Made by a program: the position numbers and the translations under genes
DNA from: Candidatus Thalassarchaeum sp.
Lineage (GTDB): Archaea > Thermoplasmatota > Poseidoniia > Poseidoniales > Thalassarchaeaceae
DNA length: 64,000 bases
Reading direction: 5' to 3'
NCBI GenBank assembly: GCA_045559735.1
Contig: JBJLJN010000014.1
Location: forward strand, 15,451-79,450
Notes under the pieces: generated by a model
The model's database searches: none
What the model saw: the letters and a program-made list of their open reading frames with translations, nothing else
What the model was told of the DNA's origin: nothing
Shown here: one piece after another, positions 56,608-64,000 of the stretch
Layout: every line of letters starts with the position of its first letter
Position numbering within the stretch: the stretch's first letter is position 1

Positions 56608-59304
56608 TCAGTCATCGAACTGGTTTTCTAGGACTTCCACAATTCTGCGATTCTCCGCCCTAGAACGGAAGAACAGGACTATGACGAGAATAGTACCAAG
56701 GATGATTGACCCATATACCAGCACTTGAGTTGCTTCCTCTGATAGGCCGATGAAGGTTGAAGGCATGATAGAGGTCACCTCCAAATCTATCGGCTCGCCA
56801 GCCACTGGAAGTCCCTCTGGCTGTACGGTTACAGTGAATCTGTAGGTATCATCTTCAAGCAGTTCACTGGGAGGGGTGACACTGACCTGAACCTCTCTGG
56901 TCTCATCTGGAGCTAGTTCGAATTCATCGAAGTCAACGTTCACGGCCCAACCCCTCAGGGACTCGCTGGAGAGCACCTCAACATCCTCCAATATGTTCCC
57001 ATGGTTGGTTATGAAGAGTGTGAAGTAGGCCTTGTCGGGATACTCGGCGCTCTTTGAGTCATCTCCCTCAAGTGTGAATCTCAAATCATGTATCGTCATG
57101 ATTTCTACGACAATATCCACGGTTGTTTTCTGGGCTGTGTTCTTCTGCGAAGAAGCACCGACCTCGATTAGACCCGAAACTCCATTGGCGACTCCCTCAG
57201 ATATATCCAGATGAATGTCCAATAGGACCCTCTCTCCACTACCGATGGAGAAGGTACCATCAATCTCGACACCTTCTACTGTCATCGACCTTAGGACCGA
57301 GGACTCCATCCCTGAGACTGTAATTACTGCGGTGTCCCCTCCGGGATAGTCGCCGGTGTTCTCAATCCAGAATGAGGTCGTCATTGTCCCCCCTGGAGGC
57401 AGGGTCGCTTGGATCTGGTCGGGTATCTCTCCGGGGTTCTGCGGAGAGATTGCCATTGCGTAATTGTAGTTTGAAACCACTACTGAAACTGTGTGCTCAT
57501 CCGCTACGTTGGTGCCGTATATCGCTATTCGAGCGAGCACGCTCGCTGAATCTGCATCCTCCTCTCCTTCTACTAGGACATCGAGGTATACTGTCTGCTG
57601 CTGACCGGGGTCAAGGACAATTTGTGTGATTGCATTGCCCTCGGTATCTGAGAAGGAAGATTCCCACATTGGTGAGTTGCAACCTGTCTGGTCACTCGGG
57701 TCGCAGACCTGCAGCTTGAATGTGTCTTGGATGTTGCCAGAGTTGGTCACATCGATTGGGAACTGGACCGTCTGATCCGAGCGCCCGGTCTGCTGAGTTG
57801 AGAGGATTGAGGTTGTGACGCTGTGCTTAGCGGCCACCGAGACTGTAAGTTCCTTGGAGTCGTAGGGATCGCTCCCTCCTCCCCTTCCAACTGTGAAAGT
57901 AATCACGGTATCTTCCACCGCGCTGGCATCCTCTGGAACGAAGACTTCGGCGGTGACTGTTTCTCTGTTGTTACCTGAGTTCGCGCTGCCCACAGTCACA
58001 GATGTCTGGGAAAACGAGACTTGCCATCCAGGAGGGAGTCCTTCTGCTCCAACAGACATGGTCTCCATGCCGTTCCCCTGATTGGTGATCTGGAGAGACA
58101 GGGTGTCGGATGAACCGGGCTCGACGTTGTTGAGTTTGTTCTTGCTCAGGGACAGAGAGGCATCATGGCTCTGTCCTACCGTGACTGTGAGAATCTGCTC
58201 GCAGCCGATTGAAGTACCGGCACGACCCTGTATCTTGATTCCGACCTGAGTTCCTGACTCCACGGAGTCCTCGGGAGTCACACTGAAGGTGAAGGTGTGA
58301 CTGTCTTGAGAGCCACCGGGCTCTGAGAGGAGTTTGCTGAGCGGATTGTCGAAGTCGACCCATCCTGAGATATCATAGTCAGAGTTCTGAGCTTGGGCGT
58401 TCGCGGTGACTGTCCACTCGGTATTGCCTACATTCTCAACCTCAAATGAATTGGTTGCAGAATCTCCCGGATCAAGACTGTGCGAGGTGAACTGAAGATT
58501 GGGGTCGCACTCCTTGCGCTCGGGGACCTTTAGCGTCAGTGTCAGGTTATCCTCGGCCTGATCGGCTGCATTCGGGTCATTGGTCACTGTGGCCTTGAGT
58601 ATGAAGCAATGGTTACCGGCTTCGGTGGAACTTCCATCGGGGATGTCTACCGTTACCTCGACTGTCTCCGTATCTTCTGGCTCAAGTTGCAAGACTTGCG
58701 GATCGACTGTGGCATCTAAGGTGTCTGACTCGCAATCACTGTCTGAAGTCATCTCCAGTTGGACATTGGCCTGCTGCTCTCCATTGTTCTCAACATCTAC
58801 ATCCCAAGTAACGCTGTCTGATCCAGTTGTATCTCCCTCGTAGGTCTTGAGTTGCTCATCAGTTGAGAGGCTGATAGAGTACAAGCCACCACCATCTCCT
58901 GCCGTGGTAGTCACGGTGACATCGTCATTGGCTGGAGTGCCGACGCCGGTCCCAGTGGCCTGAGCGTTCACCGTGGTCTCACAGTCGCCATCAGCTTGGT
59001 CATTTACCGAGACTGTGAGCAGGACTGTCTCAGAACTGCCTTCGTCGACAGATACCTGAAAGGTCTCCAAAGTGGAGGTGAAGCCATTGCAATCATTGCC
59101 CTGCTGCGTACTAAGAGATACGGTGATGTCCTCGTCACCATCATTGGCCACAATTATGTCGTACTCAGCCTCATCCTCAGTAGTCGCCTCTTGGGCGGTA
59201 GGATTGGCAGAGAGAGCCACTGATACCTCAGCAGCGACCAGAGGTGAAGCCATCGAGAAGAGAAGAATCGCCACCAGAACAGAGGTCGACGTATTATGTC
59301 GCAT
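56608..59304 (-). CDS. Large (898 aa) acidic cell-surface protein with multiple CARDB-like repeats, signal peptide and C-terminal TM anchor
   Basis: Signal peptide MRHNTSTSVLVAILLFSMASPLVAAEV. Repeated V/I-x-N-x-G-N/D strand motifs (VENNGEQ, VENVGNTEW, ITNQGNG, VTNSGNIQD, IENTGDYPG, ITNHGNILED). C-terminal VLVYGSIILGTILVIVLFF plus basic stop-transfer. Confidence 0.6.
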   Translation of the reverse strand: MRHNTSTSVLVAILLFSMASPLVAAEVSVALSANPTAQEATTEDEAEYDIIVANDGDEDITVSLSTQQGNDCNGFTSTLETFQVSVDEGSSETVLLTVSVNDQADGDCETTVNAQATGTGVGTPANDDVTVTTTAGDGGGLYSISLSTDEQLKTYEGDTTGSDSVTWDVDVENNGEQQANVQLEMTSDSDCESDTLDATVDPQVLQLEPEDTETVEVTVDIPDGSSTEAGNHCFILKATVTNDPNAADQAEDNLTLTLKVPERKECDPNLQFTSHSLDPGDSATNSFEVENVGNTEWTVTANAQAQNSDYDISGWVDFDNPLSKLLSEPGGSQDSHTFTFSVTPEDSVESGTQVGIKIQGRAGTSIGCEQILTVTVGQSHDASLSLSKNKLNNVEPGSSDTLSLQITNQGNGMETMSVGAEGLPPGWQVSFSQTSVTVGSANSGNNRETVTAEVFVPEDASAVEDTVITFTVGRGGGSDPYDSKELTVSVAAKHSVTTSILSTQQTGRSDQTVQFPIDVTNSGNIQDTFKLQVCDPSDQTGCNSPMWESSFSDTEGNAITQIVLDPGQQQTVYLDVLVEGEEDADSASVLARIAIYGTNVADEHTVSVVVSNYNYAMAISPQNPGEIPDQIQATLPPGGTMTTSFWIENTGDYPGGDTAVITVSGMESSVLRSMTVEGVEIDGTFSIGSGERVLLDIHLDISEGVANGVSGLIEVGASSQKNTAQKTTVDIVVEIMTIHDLRFTLEGDDSKSAEYPDKAYFTLFITNHGNILEDVEVLSSESLRGWAVNVDFDEFELAPDETREVQVSVTPPSELLEDDTYRFTVTVQPEGLPVAGEPIDLEVTSIMPSTFIGLSEEATQVLVYGSIILGTILVIVLFFRSRAENRRIVEVLENQFDD

Positions 59305-59345
59305 TGGAACTCCGAGAATATCGCCCCTCTAAGGACTTCGGGCCA

Positions 59346-59365
59346 CGCGACCCTACGGGGTCGCG
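59346..59365 (-). terminator. Perfect 8-bp GC hairpin CGCGACCC-TACG-GGGTCGCG, 7-10 nt 3' of the S8 protease stop
   Basis: Inverted repeat read directly. Not followed by an oligo-T run, so terminator function is uncertain. Confidence 0.3.
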
Positions 59366-59371
59366 ATTCTC

Positions 59372-62300
59372 TCATGCTTCGATTAACTCGTCAGATGGGG
59401 CATCGCAGTGCAAGCAGTTGCCCATTGAAACTACATCGCATCCATCTACCTGTCCAGCTTTGTGATATCTAGCACCGCACTCAGAGCAGGCCCAAGCCTC
59501 TCCAATCATTACATCTCCGCTGCAAATCCAGCAGGGGATGCCGCTAGTCTCCTTCTCTTCATTTTCAGTCAGTCCAAGAGAGTCTGCTATTCGATTCAGA
59601 GAATCAGAGCTCACTAAGCTTGACGGGTCGTCCCTGCGCGAGTAGAGGAATGCACCACCGGCAATCAGCGTGATGACAACTAAGGCGATTAACAGCATCT
59701 CAAGGGTTGAGGTGTCGTCCGCTAAAACAGCTGGAAGGACATCGATTTCCAGAGATGTCGAAGAGTCCTCAATGATGCCTTGAGCATCGGCGATGCTAAC
59801 GATTAGAGTTCCATCGCTTCCTGAATCTGGAGTGAAGCCTACCTGTAGAGTTCTGATTTCTCCTGGCATCAAATTCAGTACAATGCCATCAAGAATCAAC
59901 GGGTTCCATCCATCAGGGCCTGTGACCTGTAAGATGTCCGAGATCTGGGAGTTCCCAGTATTCTCAAGCTCAATCTGCAGGGTCACTGGGTATCCCTCAT
60001 GTGCTGTAGCTTGGGAGATTATTCTCCAAGCGACTCTGTCTACTTGCTCTACCACCAGAGAGATAGGATAGCTGATTACAACTCCCTCTCCTTCCATTAC
60101 CAGTCTGATTACTGGCTCGGTCCCAGCCTCGGCAGACAGGGGGATGATGACTGTGCACCAAATGGTATAGCTTGCCCCAGAAGCTATGGTTGAAGGTGCT
60201 GTGCATGATGATTCCCAATCCTCATCGGGTACCTCGATGTAAGTCTCAGGCCTCCAGGTAGTGGACCCGGCGTTCGATATGGTCCAAGCGAGATCGAACC
60301 CGAGACCACCGACGGGGTGACTAGACACGCCTAGAGGGTGATCTGCAGAGGTCCCATCTGGTAGAGCAATTTGATAGAAATCCAATACCGGAATTGCTCC
60401 CGACAGAACATTAAGAGTCCTGTTCCAGTCGAATGAGAACCCATCCTCAGTGGCGAATCGAATCTCCAGCTCACCGCTAACCGCAGCTCCATTCCCTTCG
60501 AGGATGAGCTGGACCGTAGTAGATTCACCTGCAGAGACAATCACAGAATCGAGACCATCAGTCACAGACCAACCTCCTGGGATGCTCCTGAGGTATGGTT
60601 GCAAGTCGAGCATCCGGTTCCCATGGTTGGCAATCTCGAGATCTATCTGCAATGCGGCATCTGGGGCTACCTCCTGTTCTGCCCCTCCCGAAGAAGGGGT
60701 GGTGCTAACCTCGTCTATGCCCATGACGACCAGAGAGATGTCTTCACTCCAAGAATCGGCGCTGACCCGAGAGTGGATGGTGAGAGCAGCCTCGAATGTG
60801 TTGCCGGCGGGAATCATGGCTCCAGGAGGATTGATTGTGATGTCTATCGGCTTGCCTGCATCTTTTGCGAGCGTCCCTGTGGATCCATGGGATGATCCGG
60901 CGAAGGTACCAAGGGAATCCAAGCCAAGATGCCAGCCTGAAGGGGAAGCCAGTTCGACATCATAGCCCTGAGCTCCATTGCCCTCATTGAAGACTAGAAT
61001 CTGTATTTGAGTTGGTTCCAGAGGGCTTACTAGGAACTGCTGTCCGGGCATGACGATATCCACTCCTGCTAGAATGGGCACGTCGAAGTACAGCGTTAGT
61101 TCTGAGCTCACATTGTTCTCGATATCAGTGCCTGTAACCAGCATCCTGTAGAGCCCCGGTGGAGGCGGAGCTGGATGAATCATGGTCAGGCTAACTTCCT
61201 CGGTCTCAGCAGGGTCCAAATTGAAAGTGTTCGAGGTGAATGAAGTAAACCAATCATACTCCACCCCGTCCTGCACTCTGACAGGATCTGTAATCTCAAT
61301 AGTGGCATTGGTCTCTAATAGAGCAGTGTTCATCATAGACAAAACCCAAGTTGTGGAGCTGTCAGATGTATCAGACAGGGTCTTGGTCTCTTGAGGTGTG
61401 GAAACTCTGACACCTGGAATGCTGACTACTACTGTCTGCGATAGGTAGTTGTTTGATTCAGATGATTCCTCGACCAATCCACTTGGATCTATATGGAAGG
61501 TTAACTCTACCTCTCCCTCCTGCGATGGGGTCCAGTTCCATTCCAATTCCGTCGATTCACCCGGAGACATGCTTAGCTGCTGCATACCCAGAAGATCGGA
61601 ATCAGCCCTAGCAATCACAGAAAGATCCGCCACCGAACCGGCTCCCTGATTCTTGACGACGACGGATAAGTCCACATCCTCACCTACCTGAGGTATAGGA
61701 GTGGAAATCTCAAAGGAATCCTGCACGAATGTCGGGTCGGGTGTCAAATCGTTGACGTTGACACCTCGTACTGCCAGTGAATATGGTTGCCAACTTCTTC
61801 CTCCCCCATGCTGGGCGTCCCTGACTCTGACTGTCCAAGTCCCTGTAGCCGCACTGTCGATGAGAACGACCTCGACGTTGTTGGAAGAATCCTTGGTCCC
61901 TCCAGTGACTGAGCGTCCATTAACGAAGGCATTGCCCATGTAGGAGAGTTGTCCGTTAGGGGAAATCACCTCTAAGTCGAGATCGTTTCGCAACTGCGTG
62001 GATGAGGATGTTGAGCCTGGATAGTCCGACCAAGTCAAAACCACCTTCAGTGGCTCGCCCGCCCTAGTCACATCGAAACTGTAATCGCTGACCTGGCCGC
62101 TTGATAATCTGGTTCTGTCATCGACGAAGATTCCGACGTCATCATCTGGAATCAGAGAATTGGCGAGATTCAGCCTACCCCATCCCTCATCATCGTTAGG
62201 AATGTCCCGGGTCCCCATGTCCTGAGCCCCTAGTATCAGCAGCCCCTTGATCATAGAACCTTGAGGTGCGGGTCTGCTAATTACCTCCATCAGGTACTCT

Positions 62301-63853
62301 CGGACAAGAGTCGCGGCTCCGGCTGCAGCAGGTGTTGCCATCGAGGTGCCGCTGTACTCTAGGTACCAATTATTGCTCCAAGATCCTTGAGCGCTGCTGG
62401 CCTCCTGAGATTTACACGACCTGACATAGTCGCCGGGAGCTACTATGTCGGGCTTGATTCTGCCATCGTCGGTCGGACCGCGGCTGCTCCAGTAGTACAT
62501 CTCATCGGGGGCCCCACTGTAGCGATTCTTGTGTCCGCCAACTGTAATCACATTCTTCGCAGTACCCGGAGGAGATACACCTGAATCACGATCATTTCCA
62601 GCAGCGAATAACACTGTCATTCCTTCATATGTCCAGTATTGGTCCCATGTCGAAGTCCTATCGTCTGCATCTTCTGACTGGGTCGAATATCCTCCTCCTC
62701 CAGAGCCTGATCCCCAACTGTTGGTGTGTAATCTAGCTCCTCCGTTGTAAGCCGAATTGAGCATGCTGTTGATTCCATAGCTGTACAACTGACCGGTGTC
62801 GTCATCCTCCATCGCTTGGAAGTACAATTCTGCCTCAGGTGCGACACCTTGGTAGGTCCCACCGCTACGGGAGCCGTCTCCGAGGACCGTACAGGCTACG
62901 TGGGTGCCGTGTCCATCACTGAGGTCAGCGGTTGAGGAGTCACCCGGCGTCACAGATGTCAGTGTCGCCACTCTGCCAGTGAAGTCGCCGTGATCGTCAT
63001 CCAGACCGGAATCACCGACTGCAATCTTCTGTCCGCTGCCATTTAGACCTGTGATGAATGTCGTCTCAACTGCGTTGATTCCCATGTTGTTCCTAGCTTG
63101 GTCGTTGTGCAATACCAAAACTGGCATGGGGGCGATGTATGCAACGGATGGATGTCTGATGATGTCCTCAAGGTGCTGAGTCTGGATGGAACCCCAGAGC
63201 CTGCCTTGCTCAGGCGACCAAGGATCGGAAAGCCATAGTGAAGCATCTGCCAGTGAATCCTTGAATCCGAGTCCGGGTTGATTGTGTCTAACAAGATCGT
63301 TGTCCTTCCAACCTACGACCTCGACCATCATCTCCCTCTGATCTGTAACCATCCTCAGATCAGGATGGGTGAGCAGTCCGAAGGGGACCTCGTGCACTGC
63401 CAATATCTCCTGAAGACCAGTAATGGATTGCAGGGTCTCGGGTTGGGCCTGAATCAGGAAGCCGGAAGGAGGGATAGTGGATCTGATTTCTACATCAAAG
63501 GCGTCCATTATCGCCTGTCTCGCGTCCCAAAGTCCAGTCTGCCCATCTACTATTGCGATAGCCAGATCGCCTCTATATTCAGCCATACTCGCGCTCATCT
63601 CAGTGCTGGGCAGCAATCCTAACTCAGTGTAGACTCCTATGCTGGAATCCGCACGATTGGCACGCAGGTCCTCGAAGCCATTCGATATCACGGGTGCACC
63701 GAGATCCTGTATGCTGTTTGGATCGGGTGAAATCTCGACTTTTTCATAGCTGGCAGGTAGCAATGCCTCATTGCCAGAAGAGGTGTCATGAGACAACGGC
63801 GAGTAAGAGAGCAGTAGAACACCGAGAACGAGCACTACTGAGCGTTTCTGCAT
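59372..63853 (-). CDS. Giant (1493 aa) secreted subtilisin-like S8 serine protease with CARDB-like repeats, C-terminal TM helix and cytoplasmic Cys-rich zinc-ribbon tail
   Basis: Signal peptide. Catalytic triad in subtilisin order IAVGDSGLDDDH (Asp), DGHGTHVAC (His), HTNSWG (oxyanion Asn), GTSMATPAAAG (Ser). Repeats VVKNQGAG, IANHGN, ISNAGSTTW, LENTGNSQ. TM MLLIALVVITLIAGGAFLY. Tail CWIC...CSECGARYH...C...CLHCD. Confidence 0.8.
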   Translation of the reverse strand: MQKRSVVLVLGVLLLSYSPLSHDTSSGNEALLPASYEKVEISPDPNSIQDLGAPVISNGFEDLRANRADSSIGVYTELGLLPSTEMSASMAEYRGDLAIAIVDGQTGLWDARQAIMDAFDVEIRSTIPPSGFLIQAQPETLQSITGLQEILAVHEVPFGLLTHPDLRMVTDQREMMVEVVGWKDNDLVRHNQPGLGFKDSLADASLWLSDPWSPEQGRLWGSIQTQHLEDIIRHPSVAYIAPMPVLVLHNDQARNNMGINAVETTFITGLNGSGQKIAVGDSGLDDDHGDFTGRVATLTSVTPGDSSTADLSDGHGTHVACTVLGDGSRSGGTYQGVAPEAELYFQAMEDDDTGQLYSYGINSMLNSAYNGGARLHTNSWGSGSGGGGYSTQSEDADDRTSTWDQYWTYEGMTVLFAAGNDRDSGVSPPGTAKNVITVGGHKNRYSGAPDEMYYWSSRGPTDDGRIKPDIVAPGDYVRSCKSQEASSAQGSWSNNWYLEYSGTSMATPAAAGAATLVREYLMEVISRPAPQGSMIKGLLILGAQDMGTRDIPNDDEGWGRLNLANSLIPDDDVGIFVDDRTRLSSGQVSDYSFDVTRAGEPLKVVLTWSDYPGSTSSSTQLRNDLDLEVISPNGQLSYMGNAFVNGRSVTGGTKDSSNNVEVVLIDSAATGTWTVRVRDAQHGGGRSWQPYSLAVRGVNVNDLTPDPTFVQDSFEISTPIPQVGEDVDLSVVVKNQGAGSVADLSVIARADSDLLGMQQLSMSPGESTELEWNWTPSQEGEVELTFHIDPSGLVEESSESNNYLSQTVVVSIPGVRVSTPQETKTLSDTSDSSTTWVLSMMNTALLETNATIEITDPVRVQDGVEYDWFTSFTSNTFNLDPAETEEVSLTMIHPAPPPPGLYRMLVTGTDIENNVSSELTLYFDVPILAGVDIVMPGQQFLVSPLEPTQIQILVFNEGNGAQGYDVELASPSGWHLGLDSLGTFAGSSHGSTGTLAKDAGKPIDITINPPGAMIPAGNTFEAALTIHSRVSADSWSEDISLVVMGIDEVSTTPSSGGAEQEVAPDAALQIDLEIANHGNRMLDLQPYLRSIPGGWSVTDGLDSVIVSAGESTTVQLILEGNGAAVSGELEIRFATEDGFSFDWNRTLNVLSGAIPVLDFYQIALPDGTSADHPLGVSSHPVGGLGFDLAWTISNAGSTTWRPETYIEVPDEDWESSCTAPSTIASGASYTIWCTVIIPLSAEAGTEPVIRLVMEGEGVVISYPISLVVEQVDRVAWRIISQATAHEGYPVTLQIELENTGNSQISDILQVTGPDGWNPLILDGIVLNLMPGEIRTLQVGFTPDSGSDGTLIVSIADAQGIIEDSSTSLEIDVLPAVLADDTSTLEMLLIALVVITLIAGGAFLYSRRDDPSSLVSSDSLNRIADSLGLTENEEKETSGIPCWICSGDVMIGEAWACSECGARYHKAGQVDGCDVVSMGNCLHCDAPSDELIEA

Positions 63854-64000
63854 AGGCCTCGCCTGAGCAGACCCGATTTGAGCGTATGGGTTCTACGAAC
63901 CCATGCTGAGTCATCTGTTTAGAGGAAGTGGAAAGAGGACCTGTCGAAGAATAACTGCATTGTCCACTCACCGACATTATGAGTCCATCTCTCGCTCCTA

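Noticed and set aside
1-64000. CRISPR arrays, IS elements/transposases, integrases, rRNA
   Set aside because: No regularly spaced direct repeats were seen in any intergenic region. No DDE/tyrosine-recombinase motifs appear in any ORF. No long non-coding stretch is compatible with rRNA.

Overview
The window is almost entirely coding and looks archaeal, probably euryarchaeal with an acidic proteome. Lineage markers are an MC1 chromatin protein, a two-domain Cdc48 ATPase, the aIF-1A/Rio1/KH-domain ribosome-biogenesis cluster, an Hjc resolvase, a presenilin-like intramembrane protease, and an 11-subunit nuo/fpo-type complex I without nuoEFG and with a split nuoJ. The lineage call is inference only, and MG-II/Poseidoniales-like is a guess.

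Recognisable housekeeping genes are pyrBI, sdhCAB, serS, folC, dCMP deaminase, an aldehyde dehydrogenase, a TtuA/NcsA tRNA-thiolation PP-loop ATPase, and an acyl-CoA carboxylase (carboxyltransferase, biotin carboxylase, BCCP) with a crotonase.

The accessory-looking content is:
- three giant acidic, signal-peptide-bearing, C-terminally TM-anchored surface proteins: a beta-lactamase-fold hydrolase, a CARDB-repeat protein, and an S8 subtilisin with CARDB repeats and a cytoplasmic Cys-rich zinc-ribbon tail;
- a DUF58-centred membrane cluster with no MoxR ATPase;
- a lipoprotein with thrombospondin-type-3 Ca-binding repeats and a PLC-X-like domain;
- a macro-domain gene next to an extended Hjc-like nuclease;
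- an Lhr-like helicase with a C-terminal Zn ribbon followed by a CoaE-like P-loop kinase;
- complex I subunits NuoI and NuoH that carry large insertions.

I found no rRNA, tRNA, CRISPR array or recognisable transposase. All assignments come from motif reading of the supplied translations. Coordinates I derived by hand may be off by 1-2 nt; the ORF track counted one base higher than my hand count at the folC start (about 33.6 kb), the one place I cross-checked.
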